A DNA stretch of 63,391 bases, taken from positions 27,225 to 90,615 of the forward strand of contig CAZVRU010000005.1 in the NCBI GenBank assembly GCA_964629785.1, read 5' to 3'. The position numbers were made by a program, and so were the translations under genes. Each line of letters opens with the position of its first letter. Positions within the stretch are counted from its first letter, which is position 1. Below, in pieces: positions 18,177 to 28,171 of the stretch. The notes below the pieces were generated by a model. The model was not told the DNA's origin, ran no database searches, and saw only the letters and a list, made by a program, of their open reading frames with translations. The stretch is from an uncultured Planctomycetia bacterium (GTDB lineage: Bacteria; Omnitrophota; Gorgyraeia; Duberdicusellales; 4484-171).

Positions 18177-18324
18177 TCTTTATTAGATCTTTTTTCCTGC
18201 CTGATTCAATGGTCCTGTCCGGCTCTGAGCCTTGCCGCACCGTTAATGACCTTCCATCCAAAAGAAAAGATATAATTCCTGCCGCTATCTTGTATCCGGG
18301 ACAGAGGCGTGCTATCATAAAGCC

Positions 18325-19371
18325 ATGTTTTCCCGGATCAAAAAACGTATCGACCGCCAATTGAAGCTTTTTTTCGAAAGCGCGGATAAGGTTTATGAGC
18401 TGCGCCGTGCTTCCCCGCTTCTTTATCGGACTATCAAGGAATTCATTCTCAGGCCAGGCAAACGGGTGCGTCCGGTATTGTGTATAGTGGGGTATAATGG
18501 TTTTTCTTCGCGGCTTCCGGCCGGACTTTATGAGGCTGCCTTGTCCATAGAACTTCTTCATGATTTTATGCTGATCCATGACGATATTGTCGACCGTTCC
18601 GACATGAGAAGAGGCAGACCGGCCCTGCATTCTGTTTTTTCCGCGCAGTACCGTCGCTGCAAGAACGTGAAATTTACCGGCCAGGACCTGGCTATTGTTG
18701 CCGGTGATGTGGTTTATGCTCTGGCCCTGCACGCTTTGAACGCCGTAAAAGTCAGCGAAGAGCGGAAGGCAAGGGCTTTGCAGATACTTGTCCGGGCGGC
18801 CCTGCACACAGGGATGGGAGAGTTCATCGAACTCGTCAATGATGCCCGGAGCCTGGCAGCGATGACCCGGAAAGACATCGATAAGGTCTATGATTATAAG
18901 ACCGCTTACTATACTTTTGCCGCACCATTGTGTATGGGCGCGCTGCTTGCCGGAGCCCGGCAGTCCCAGGTGGATATTCTGCGGACTTACGGTATGCATC
19001 TGGGCAGAGCTTTTCAGATAAGGGATGACATCCTGGGTTTGTTCAAAGAAGAATCGGAGACCGGAAAATCATCATTGACCGATCTGCAGGAAGGGAAGAA
19101 GACGATCCTGGTCTGGTATGCCTATCGCCATAGCAGCCGAAAAGATAAAAAAATGATCCAGGATCTGATCAGCCGCGGCCGCGCTACCCGCAAAGACCTG
19201 ATGATCGTAAGAAAGATAGTGAGGTCTTGCGGGGCTCTGGCCTATGCCGAAAAAGAGATATCTCTGCTGGCTGTATCGGCCCGGGCTGTTTTGCAGAGTT
19301 CTTCTATGAAATCCCGTTATAAAAAGGCTTTATTATCTTTTGGCGACAGCCTTTTTGCCTGCCCGCGGTAA
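18325..19371 (+). CDS. Polyprenyl diphosphate synthase (GGPP/IdsA-like)
   Basis: GKRVRP, FARM IHDDIVD..DMRRG, KTA, SARM FQIRDDILG, DLQEGKKT. Confidence 0.92.
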   Translation: MFSRIKKRIDRQLKLFFESADKVYELRRASPLLYRTIKEFILRPGKRVRPVLCIVGYNGFSSRLPAGLYEAALSIELLHDFMLIHDDIVDRSDMRRGRPALHSVFSAQYRRCKNVKFTGQDLAIVAGDVVYALALHALNAVKVSEERKARALQILVRAALHTGMGEFIELVNDARSLAAMTRKDIDKVYDYKTAYYTFAAPLCMGALLAGARQSQVDILRTYGMHLGRAFQIRDDILGLFKEESETGKSSLTDLQEGKKTILVWYAYRHSSRKDKKMIQDLISRGRATRKDLMIVRKIVRSCGALAYAEKEISLLAVSARAVLQSSSMKSRYKKALLSFGDSLFACPR

Positions 19372-19470
19372 AGATTTGGATTTTGCTGTGATCGGGAAAA
19401 GCGGCCGGACCGGGATTTGTGCCTATCCTGTTTTTTCCGTTTTTATCTAAAATGATATAAAACAGCCTGA

Positions 19471-19499
19471 TTGGCAAAAAGCAGGGGCTGTGATAAAAT
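19471..19499 (+). promoter_or_regulatory. Possible sigma70-type promoter
   Basis: TTGGCA-17 bp-TAAAAT with TG just upstream of the -10, about 125 nt before CDS 19628. Confidence 0.45.
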
Positions 19500-19627
19500 A
19501 ATTTTTCAGAAAGATCCTGGCATCGCCTGGTCAGGAAGATATAGCGAGGGGGGACCGACCGTTGTATTCTTTCCTTAAATGCAGCTTGCCGGGTTGATTA
19601 TCGCAATTTTATAGCGGGGGGCAATTC

Positions 19628-20836
19628 ATGAGTGATTCAGACAAAACCAGAGAAGAGATGATCGAGGAACTGAAGACGCTTAAAGGAGAGGTGTCGACCG
19701 GCCGGGAGCGTATCCGGCGTTTGCTGAGTCAGCTGAAAACAGTGCGCAGCCTTCATGAGATATTGTTGCGGGTCGATAATCTCGATTCTTTTTTTCAGGA
19801 TGTCTGCGAAGTACTGGCTGAGATAGAAGGATTCAAATGCGTATGGATAGGCCGTATTCAAAGCGGCAGTTATGAAGTGAATCCGGTTGCCTGCGCCGGT
19901 GAAGGAAAAGAATGCCTGACCATGGTAAAAATAACCTGGGATGATTCCCGTTATGGTAAAGGCGCGGTGGGACAGGCTATACGCAGCGGCAAGGTCTGCA
20001 AAGTCGCCGATACGGAACACGACCCGGCTTATGATGCCTGGCGGGAAGAAGCGATGAAAAGAGGCTATCATTCTTCTATTGCTCTTCCTTTACGGATCGA
20101 TGAAGAGATACTGGGAGTGCTTCAGGTATTTTCGGGGAATACAGACGATTTCGGCCTGGAGGAAATAGATTTTCTTAACGAAATATGCCGTGATATCAAT
20201 ATAGGTATCCGCTCTTTCAGCCTGGAGAATGAATTGCAGCTGAAACTCGATCATGTCCGTAAGACCCTGGGTAAGACAGTCGAATCTATAACCAGGATGA
20301 CGGAAATACGCGACGCCTATACCAGCGGTCATCAGCAGCGGGTTGCCAAGCTGGCCTGCGCCATTGCCCGGGACATGGGCCTTTCGGCCCATCAGATAGA
20401 AGGTATCCGGGTGACCGGTCTGCTGCACGATATCGGAAAGATCGCCGTACCTATCGAGATACTGACCAAACCCGGCCGCTTAAGCGTGTTCGAATTCAAT
20501 ATCATCAAAACCCATCCCGAAATAGGTTTTGAGATAGTAAAAGGTATCGATTTTCCCTGGCCGGTGGCCCAGGGCATATTTCAGCACCATGAACGTTTCA
20601 ATGGCAGCGGCTATCCTCTGGGTATTGCCGGAGAGAAGATCTGTCTGGAAGCCAAGATCCTGGGGGTTGCCGACGTGGTCGAAGCCATGTCTTCGCACCG
20701 TCCTTATCGTCCGGCTCTGGGAACGGCTAAAGCTCTGGGCGAAATCCTTCAGAAAAAAGACATTCTCTATGATCCGCATGTGGTCGACAGTTGCCTGCGT
20801 ATTTTCAAAGAGGAGGAATTCGATTTTAACCTCTGA
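19628..20836 (+). CDS. GAF plus HD-GYP cyclic di-nucleotide phosphodiesterase
   Basis: GAF (GAVGQAIRSG, SSIALPL), YTSGHQQRV, HDIGK, HHERFNGSGYP, VADVVEAM.SHRPYR. Confidence 0.92.
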   Translation: MSDSDKTREEMIEELKTLKGEVSTGRERIRRLLSQLKTVRSLHEILLRVDNLDSFFQDVCEVLAEIEGFKCVWIGRIQSGSYEVNPVACAGEGKECLTMVKITWDDSRYGKGAVGQAIRSGKVCKVADTEHDPAYDAWREEAMKRGYHSSIALPLRIDEEILGVLQVFSGNTDDFGLEEIDFLNEICRDINIGIRSFSLENELQLKLDHVRKTLGKTVESITRMTEIRDAYTSGHQQRVAKLACAIARDMGLSAHQIEGIRVTGLLHDIGKIAVPIEILTKPGRLSVFEFNIIKTHPEIGFEIVKGIDFPWPVAQGIFQHHERFNGSGYPLGIAGEKICLEAKILGVADVVEAMSSHRPYRPALGTAKALGEILQKKDILYDPHVVDSCLRIFKEEEFDFNL

Positions 20837-21107
20837 AAAGCGGTGTTATTTTTCTCTGCCCCAGGTTTTATCTTTTCGCGGAAATATTACCCGGCAGCAG
20901 TTATCGAGTTAAACGGTCTTTCAGACCGTCGATTTTGATCTTTTTCTGCCCCTTCAGTCTGCCCCTATCTGAATATATTATATTTAAATTTTTCCTGCTC
21001 TTGTTATAATAGAAAAAGGAATATATTTCTCCTGCTTTCTTTTGTCGTACACACCTTTTGTGCTGCCCGGGAAATGTTCGTGTGCCTGGAAAAAAGGACT
21101 GCAGTAC

Positions 21108-24100
21108 ATGAAAATCGCTAAAAAGATCGGTGTTGTATATTTTGTCAGCGCGGTGCTTATGACTATCATCGCCCTGACGATCATTTATCTTATAACCAGA
21201 AATGCCTTCAAAGAATCGATGGGAAATCATCTCGCGTCTCTGGTCAGGTCGCGAGCTCATCATGCCGTTACCTATCTTGATGCCAGTGAGGAGTCGGTAA
21301 AACAATTGTCCAAGAGCATTCTTATCAAAAGGATTCTCAGTATACCGGCCAGTTCGCGGGAGTACGGGATTTTAAAAGAAGAGGTAATGGAACGGATAAA
21401 TGATACAGTAGCGGCAAAAAAGGATCTTTTAGATATCGATATAACAAATGCTCAGGGTATCGTAGTGGCTTCCACCAATTACCGGCATAGCGGCAGGCCG
21501 CGCCGGATGAGCGGCGGGCGTTTGCGGCAGCACGGCAGGATTTTGATCGAGGATGTGTACTGGGACCCCGAAGAAGAGAAAGGGCTTATGGGGTTTGCCG
21601 CCCCGGTCGAAGATAAAAATGAGATCCGGGGGATGGTGTATATGAAATTCCGGCTGGACACTATCGAGGAAATAGTCGGTGATCTGACCGGGATGGGTGA
21701 AAGCGGCGAAGCATATCTGATCAACGAAAACGGGTACATGATCACTCCTTCCCGGTTCATGGAAAATACCTTTCTTAAGGTGGGGATCGGAAGTCAAAAA
21801 GAAATGGCCTGTTTCGACCGGGCCGATGCTTCTGTTTACGATTTGAGATCATGTGCAGATTACCGGGGAGTGAAGGTAGTGGGAGTCTATACTGCCATTC
21901 CCGAACTGAAATGGACGCTTGTCTCCGAGATAGAGGCAAAAGAAGCATGGTCGCTTCTGGGCCGGATACGGGGAATGCTTATCGCTCTGACAGCGATAAT
22001 CCCTTTGCTGGCCTGGGCCATCGGACGCCTTCTGGCTCTGCTGATCATGAAACCTTTGCAGGCTTTGCGGGTAGGGGCGGAAATAATCGGCGACGGTAAT
22101 CTTTATTACACTACCAATATAAGGACCGACGATGAAATAGGAGAACTTTCCCAGGCTTTCGACGAGATGACCGAACACCTGCGTAAGACCACCATATCCC
22201 GCGATTACATCAATAATATCATCGAAAGCATGAATTACAGCCTGATCGTAGTGTCGCCGGATTGTATGATCGAGATGGTCAACGAGGCTACCTTAAAGAT
22301 GCTCGATTATCAACGGGAAGAATTGCTGGGGAAAAAACTGGATTCGGTATTTGCCGGCACTGATGAAGAAAGATGTATTTGCGAGGAGATGAAAGAACTG
22401 ATCCGCCAGGGAAAGATCGTCCGCTATGAACGGTTTTACAAGACAAAAAAGGGAAAGCTTATTCCGGTACTGTTTTCCAGCACGGTGCTTAAAGAAAAAG
22501 GCGCGCGACACGATGTCACGGCAGGCATACTCTGCGTGGCCGAAGATATCAGCGAACGGAAACAGGCCCAGGAGGCGCTGCGCGAGAGTGAGCGCCGTTT
22601 GTCCGAAGTGGTGCAGGGTATTACTTTGCCGATCTTCGTGATCGACAAAGAGCATCGCATCATGTATTGGAACCGGGCCTGCGAAAAACTGACCGGTTTG
22701 CCGGCCGAAGAAATGACAGGTACGAGCGATCAATGGAAAGCTTTTTATGCCGGTCCCCGCCCCTGCCTGGCAGATCTTTTGCTGGAAGACGATCCGGAAG
22801 AGAAGATCAGAATCCATTATCAGAGCGCCTACTGGATAAAAAGAAAAACCCCGCGCGGGGCCTATGAGATCGAGGACTTTTTTTCCGGTCTGGGAGAAGA
22901 CGGTAAATGGCTGCACGGTACGGCCTCATTGATCAGGGATTCGAAAGGCGAAGCTATCGCGGTAATCGAGACAGTAGAGGATATAACCGAACGAAAACAT
23001 GCCGAAGAAGAGATCAGAGAAAGCCAGCGCCGGACCAGCGAGATAATCCAGGGCTGTGCCATTCCTTTGTTCGTCATCGATAAAGATCACCGGGTAACTC
23101 ACTGGAACCGGGCCTGCGAAAAACTGACCGGTTTTTCGGCGGAAGAAATAGTCGGCACCAGAAAACACTGGATCCCTTTTTACAGCGGCCCCCGTCCCTG
23201 CCTGGCCGATCTGGTCCTGGACCGTATTTCCGAGGATGTGATCCGTTCTTTTTACCAGGGCGCGGATTTTGCCGTGTCCGATCTTATGGAAAGATCATAT
23301 GACGTGGAGATGTTCTTTTCCGGTCTGGGCGAACAGGGCTGCTGGCTGCGGTTTACTGCCGCGCTGATCAGGGATTCGAAAGGCGAAGTCATTGCTGCTA
23401 TCGAGACTCTGGAAGATATCACCGAACGCAAAAAACTGTTCAAATTGAAAGACGAATTCGTCAGTAACGTGTCTCATGAACTGCGCACGCCGCTCACTAC
23501 TATTCGCGAGGCGGTTGCCCAGATGAACGAAGGTATTTTAGGCCAGACCACTACTTTGCAGAGAGAAGTCCTTTCCATAGGCCTTTCCGATATCGACCGT
23601 CTGACCAGGATCATAAATAATCTGCTTGATATATCGAGGATCGAAGCAGGCGAAGTGGAGATCAGGCGGGAACCGGTCGATATCGTTTCTTTGACAAAGG
23701 AGGTCATAGTCCTTTTCACCCCTCAGGCTCAGTCCCGAAAACTGGAACTGCGTCATTCTTTTTCCCGGGAAAAGATGATGATCTATATCGACCGGGACAA
23801 GATCAAACAGGTATTTACCAATCTGGTCGGCAATGCCATGAAATTTACTTCGCAGGGATATATCGAAGTCGTCGTGAAAGAAAAAGACAGTATAATCGAA
23901 TGTAAAGTGCGGGACAGCGGTATCGGTATCAGCGAGCATGACCTGCCTTTTTTGTTCAGTAAATTTTATCAGATCGGCAGGGGAGCAGGACCCGGCGAAA
24001 AAGGAACGGGACTGGGCCTTTCCATTGCCAAAGGGATAGTCGAACTGCACGGCGGCGGCATCTTTGTGGAAAGCAGGCCGGAGAAAGGTACGGTGTTCAC

Positions 24101-24563
24101 CGTGCTTCTGCCCAAGTATACTCCCCGCGAACTGTTTGCCGAGCATCTGACCAAAGGCCTGGGCGAAGCCCTGAAAGAGAACCGGCTTTTAGCTGTTTTG
24201 ATATTCAAGATAACCAATCTGATCGAGCTCGGCTCGATGATGGACCAGGAGACTATCGATGCGATCCTGCACGGTCTTCAGGATACGATCGTCAATAATC
24301 TTCACCGTCAGACCGACAGATTCATCCGCGATAAAAATACCATCTATGTGATGTTCTGCGCTGTCGACCGGGACGACGTGGCCATGCTTCGGGAAAGGAT
24401 CACCGAAAAGATAAAACATTATTTGAAAAAAAAGGTACAGAAATATCTTAAAATAAAGCTGGCCAGTTCCAGTGTAATATTTCCCGATGACGGGACCAAT
24501 GCCGAGGAACTGCTGTCCGCGGCCGAAAAACATATCGTTGAAAAGGAGCGGGAACATGCCTAA
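21108..24563 (+). CDS. Sensor histidine kinase: Cache-HAMP-3xPAS-HisKA-HATPase-degenerate GGDEF-like tail
   Basis: Two TM, GESGEAYL, DEIGELSQAF, DISERK/DITERK PAS ends, VSHELRTPL, NLVGNAMKF, GTGLGL, C-terminal FPDDGTNAEELL. Start at ATG 21108 inferred. Confidence 0.9.
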   Translation: MKIAKKIGVVYFVSAVLMTIIALTIIYLITRNAFKESMGNHLASLVRSRAHHAVTYLDASEESVKQLSKSILIKRILSIPASSREYGILKEEVMERINDTVAAKKDLLDIDITNAQGIVVASTNYRHSGRPRRMSGGRLRQHGRILIEDVYWDPEEEKGLMGFAAPVEDKNEIRGMVYMKFRLDTIEEIVGDLTGMGESGEAYLINENGYMITPSRFMENTFLKVGIGSQKEMACFDRADASVYDLRSCADYRGVKVVGVYTAIPELKWTLVSEIEAKEAWSLLGRIRGMLIALTAIIPLLAWAIGRLLALLIMKPLQALRVGAEIIGDGNLYYTTNIRTDDEIGELSQAFDEMTEHLRKTTISRDYINNIIESMNYSLIVVSPDCMIEMVNEATLKMLDYQREELLGKKLDSVFAGTDEERCICEEMKELIRQGKIVRYERFYKTKKGKLIPVLFSSTVLKEKGARHDVTAGILCVAEDISERKQAQEALRESERRLSEVVQGITLPIFVIDKEHRIMYWNRACEKLTGLPAEEMTGTSDQWKAFYAGPRPCLADLLLEDDPEEKIRIHYQSAYWIKRKTPRGAYEIEDFFSGLGEDGKWLHGTASLIRDSKGEAIAVIETVEDITERKHAEEEIRESQRRTSEIIQGCAIPLFVIDKDHRVTHWNRACEKLTGFSAEEIVGTRKHWIPFYSGPRPCLADLVLDRISEDVIRSFYQGADFAVSDLMERSYDVEMFFSGLGEQGCWLRFTAALIRDSKGEVIAAIETLEDITERKKLFKLKDEFVSNVSHELRTPLTTIREAVAQMNEGILGQTTTLQREVLSIGLSDIDRLTRIINNLLDISRIEAGEVEIRREPVDIVSLTKEVIVLFTPQAQSRKLELRHSFSREKMMIYIDRDKIKQVFTNLVGNAMKFTSQGYIEVVVKEKDSIIECKVRDSGIGISEHDLPFLFSKFYQIGRGAGPGEKGTGLGLSIAKGIVELHGGGIFVESRPEKGTVFTVLLPKYTPRELFAEHLTKGLGEALKENRLLAVLIFKITNLIELGSMMDQETIDAILHGLQDTIVNNLHRQTDRFIRDKNTIYVMFCAVDRDDVAMLRERITEKIKHYLKKKVQKYLKIKLASSSVIFPDDGTNAEELLSAAEKHIVEKEREHA

Positions 24564-24921
24564 AAAAATAATGATCGTCGACGACGAGCCCTATATCCTG
24601 AAAATGATCGCGGTACGCCTGAAAAGCAACGGCTACGAAGTCGTTACTGCGGGGGACGGGGCCCAATGTCTGTCCCGAGTGGAAAAAGAGAATCCCGACG
24701 CTGTTCTGCTCGATCTGATCATGCCCGGTTTGAGCGGGTTTGAGGTCTGCCGGAAGCTGAAAGAGAACGAAAAGACAAGGCATATCCCGGTGATCATGCT
24801 TACGGCCCTGGCCCAGAAAAGCGATATTGCCCAGGGCCTGGAAGCAGGAGCCTGTTTTTTTGTCACTAAACCGTATAATCCCGAAGATCTTCTGGAAAAG
24901 ATCCAAAAAGCCATAGAATGA
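24556..24921 (+). CDS. Single-domain response regulator (CheY-like receiver)
   Basis: IVDDE, LLDLIMPGLSG, IMLTA, VTKPY; overlaps the kinase stop. Confidence 0.93.
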   Translation: MPKKIMIVDDEPYILKMIAVRLKSNGYEVVTAGDGAQCLSRVEKENPDAVLLDLIMPGLSGFEVCRKLKENEKTRHIPVIMLTALAQKSDIAQGLEAGACFFVTKPYNPEDLLEKIQKAIE

Positions 24922-24990
24922 TTTTTCTGGGTAGATAAAAGTTGATGACAGGGGGTAGTTTCGTATAAAATAGATAAAAAAGGAGGCCGT

Positions 24991-25707
24991 ATGAAAAAAC
25001 AATTTACTCTGGTGGAGATCATTATCGCTCTGGTGATCGTTCTTATCCTGGTGACCACAGGTATTATCGGTTATCAAAAAGCCATGCAGAATACGCGGAT
25101 GATGGTTTCCTCTGCCAATATGATGGGCCTGCTCGCGGCAGTGGAAGTCTATGTCCTGGAGAACGACAGTCTGCCGGCAACTCTGGGCCAGTTATTGCCT
25201 GAACATCTGGAAAAAGGCTATGCTTATGCCTATGCTGAAACAAGCTGGCTGACCAAGTTGTGTTTCAAACTCTATGAACTGTCAGAACGTTCTCTGGCCT
25301 GGGCCAAGGCTCAAGATAATGATTTTTTAGACTATGAAAATCTTAAACGTTACGGGGCCACGCAAAACATGTTCAAGGTTCCGGTAAGTTCGGATAACGA
25401 ATCCTACTGCTACGCGATAAATAATAATATTGCCGGCAGGAAATGGGATGAAATAAGCGACAATTGCCTGATCATTGCCGAAGCTCTGCCTGGAAGCGAA
25501 AAAAAGCTGACAGGCTCGGGTGATTTTGCCACCCAGTATTCCACAGGGATACTGAACCTGGGAAGCAAATTCGGTCTGGGCGTGACCAAAGGTAAAATAA
25601 TAGTATTTAAAATGACGCAGGAGGACATGGCGGGTTATCTACCTTATGATGTGGATAAAGATATACTGGATCCTTTCTTTTGTGAGCCTTGTTCGCAAAA
25701 GAAATAG
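24991..25707 (+). CDS. Type IV pilin/pseudopilin-like protein, paralogue A
   Basis: AAGGAGG SD, MKKQ-FTLVEIIIALVIVLIL hydrophobic helix with Glu+5. Confidence 0.8.
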   Translation: MKKQFTLVEIIIALVIVLILVTTGIIGYQKAMQNTRMMVSSANMMGLLAAVEVYVLENDSLPATLGQLLPEHLEKGYAYAYAETSWLTKLCFKLYELSERSLAWAKAQDNDFLDYENLKRYGATQNMFKVPVSSDNESYCYAINNNIAGRKWDEISDNCLIIAEALPGSEKKLTGSGDFATQYSTGILNLGSKFGLGVTKGKIIVFKMTQEDMAGYLPYDVDKDILDPFFCEPCSQKK

Positions 25708-25742
25708 GATTAGATTGTTTTAAAAAATGAAAATTTTTGCTG

Positions 25743-28136
25743 ATGTTTAATTTTTTGCGCAACAGGAACTTTTTTTATCCCCTGGTGCTCTGGCTGATCG
25801 TTTTTCTCTGGTACCTGGTGATATTTCCTTTGTTCGAACCGCTGCGCCTTCAGACCGGGGATCTTTTTTCTTCTCAGGCTTTTTATCTTTTTTCCCAACC
25901 GCCTCAGGAATCGTCCGAAATTGCGATCGTGGCTATCGACGATTTTTCCCTGCAGAAACTCGATCTTAAATGGCCCTGGAAAAGAAGCGTTACTGCCCGG
26001 CTGCTGAAGGCTATTGCCTCTTACGAACCCAGGGCCGTTGGTTTTGACGTGGTCTTTTCCGGTACTTCGCGACCGGAAGAAGATGCCGAACTGGTTTCGG
26101 CCTTGAGCGGTTTTTCTCCGGTGGTTCTGGCCTGCGTGCTTAAACAGGGGCCGGACCAGATGCCTGATCCCATGTTCGCCCGGGCCGCGACTTCGACAGG
26201 TTTTGTCAACCGGCCTACCGGCGAAGGCCTGCTGGTCGGCAATGCTGTTTCCACCGGCAGTAAGGTAGTAAGAAATACCCGTACTTATTATGCCGGTGAT
26301 GACGGCGCGAACGTCTATTCCATCGATATTGAGTTACTGGCTGCCTGGCAGGGTATTTCCCGGGAAGAGATCAGGCTGGTGCCGGATCAGGGGATAATGC
26401 TCGGTAAAGGATTTTCGGTGCCGGCTGACGAGGTGCTTCCCCTTAATTATCTGGTCCATCCCCGCGAAATGAATATTATTCCGGCAGTGCAGGTCATGGA
26501 AAAAAAAGTTCCGCTGGCGGCGCTCAAGGACAAACTTGTGCTGGTAGGCACTACTGCTCCTTTGATCCATGACGAGCATGTCACGCCTCTGGGGATCTTT
26601 CCCGGCGTGACTATTATCGCCAATTCTCTGACGATGATGCTCAGCAGCCGCTTTCTTTTCATTATTCCCTTATGGCAGATCCTGGTTCTGGCCCTGGCCG
26701 GCGGAACTTCGATCGTCTGGCTGAACAACCGTTTTTCCTTTGCTCTGGCAACATTATTGTCGGTTCTTATGCTCGGTTGTACTATAGTCGCCGGCCTTTA
26801 TCTCCGGGCCCGCGATATACAATTCGATTATTTTACTTTTTTCTTTCTTCTGGCAACGGCCTATCTGACCGTGCTTCTTTATAAATACGGTTCTTTGATC
26901 TATTTCGGAAACCGCATGAAAAATCTGGCGGTCAGAGACCACCTTACCGGTTTTTACACGCCGCGCTATTTTCTGCTGAAGACCGATGAGAAATTACGCG
27001 ACCGGAGCAAAGAGGCAGTGGTTTTTACCCTGCGTATCGATAATTATCAGCAGATAGTCCTTTCCCTGGATTTTAACGAAGTAAAAAACGTTTTAAAAAC
27101 GGCAGCCGATTACATAGGTGTTCAGTTCGGCCGGGATTTTCCCGGTATTTTTTTCAGCCGGTTGTCAGTGGATATGTTCGCCGGCACAGCGCGTAATATC
27201 AGGAAAGAAGAAGCGGAAAAAAAGATCAATGATTTTCTCGCCAACAGCAGCCGGGTCACTTTTAAAGCGGCGGATAAGGTTTTTCCTCTGATTTTTTCCT
27301 GTATGGCAGTCCATAAGCCGCGCAACGGTTTTCTGGACAGCAAAGGCCTGCTGTCCCGGCTGCACAGCCTGAGCAAAGAAAAGACCGATGATTTTGTCGG
27401 TCAATGCCGCTGGATAGAAGCAAACGAAGTTGTCTGGGATATGAACCGGCAGGCAACGCCTTCGGACATGCTTGATTTTCTGGTCAGTGACGTGGAAAGC
27501 AGGAACAAAGAACTGGAAACGATGCTCAAAGATCTTCTCGAATCGAAAAAAGAGACCGAAGAAGCTTATTTCGATACGATCCGCGCTTTGATCAAGGCTC
27601 TGGAAGAAAAAGACACCTATACCCAGGGACATTCGGAAAGAGTAGCCCGCTATGCCCGGGCTATTGCCCGCAAAACAGGCCTGTCCGACCAGGAATGCGA
27701 TTTTTTATATAAGGCCGGTCTGCTGCACGATATCGGTAAGATCGGCGTGCCTGATTATATACTGCGCAAAAAAGAAAGATTGACCGACGAAGATTATAAT
27801 ATGATCAGAAGGCATGTACTGATCAGCGGAGAGATACTGAAGCCGTTAAAACCGTTCCATGATCTTATTCCGGTGATCGTGGCCCATCATGAACGGTTCG
27901 ACGGTACAGGCTATCCTTACGGACTGGGCGGCGATATGATCCCCCAAGGGGCTCAGATCCTGGCAACAGTCGATGCTTTCGATGCCATTACCTGCGGCCG
28001 GGGCTATAAGAAAGGCCTTACTGTGGCCGAAGCTCTGCAGGAAATGGAAAAAGGCCGGGGATCTCAGTTCAATCCTGTTTATGTGGATATTTTGAAAGAA
28101 GTTATTGCTTCGGGAGAACTGAAGCTGTCGTTTTAA
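25743..28136 (+). CDS. CHASE2-3TM-degenerate GGDEF-HD-GYP protein
   Basis: IAIVAIDD.SL, WPWKRS, GFDVVF, LKDKLVLVG, PGVTIIAN (CHASE2); RDHLTG...RIDNY...SRLSVDMF (eroded GGDEF); YTQGHSERV, HDIGK, HHERFDGTGYP. Start could be TTG 25737. Confidence 0.88.
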   Translation: MFNFLRNRNFFYPLVLWLIVFLWYLVIFPLFEPLRLQTGDLFSSQAFYLFSQPPQESSEIAIVAIDDFSLQKLDLKWPWKRSVTARLLKAIASYEPRAVGFDVVFSGTSRPEEDAELVSALSGFSPVVLACVLKQGPDQMPDPMFARAATSTGFVNRPTGEGLLVGNAVSTGSKVVRNTRTYYAGDDGANVYSIDIELLAAWQGISREEIRLVPDQGIMLGKGFSVPADEVLPLNYLVHPREMNIIPAVQVMEKKVPLAALKDKLVLVGTTAPLIHDEHVTPLGIFPGVTIIANSLTMMLSSRFLFIIPLWQILVLALAGGTSIVWLNNRFSFALATLLSVLMLGCTIVAGLYLRARDIQFDYFTFFFLLATAYLTVLLYKYGSLIYFGNRMKNLAVRDHLTGFYTPRYFLLKTDEKLRDRSKEAVVFTLRIDNYQQIVLSLDFNEVKNVLKTAADYIGVQFGRDFPGIFFSRLSVDMFAGTARNIRKEEAEKKINDFLANSSRVTFKAADKVFPLIFSCMAVHKPRNGFLDSKGLLSRLHSLSKEKTDDFVGQCRWIEANEVVWDMNRQATPSDMLDFLVSDVESRNKELETMLKDLLESKKETEEAYFDTIRALIKALEEKDTYTQGHSERVARYARAIARKTGLSDQECDFLYKAGLLHDIGKIGVPDYILRKKERLTDEDYNMIRRHVLISGEILKPLKPFHDLIPVIVAHHERFDGTGYPYGLGGDMIPQGAQILATVDAFDAITCGRGYKKGLTVAEALQEMEKGRGSQFNPVYVDILKEVIASGELKLSF

Positions 28137-28171
28137 AAAGGAAAATCCTGAAATAAGAAAGGAGACAGTTC

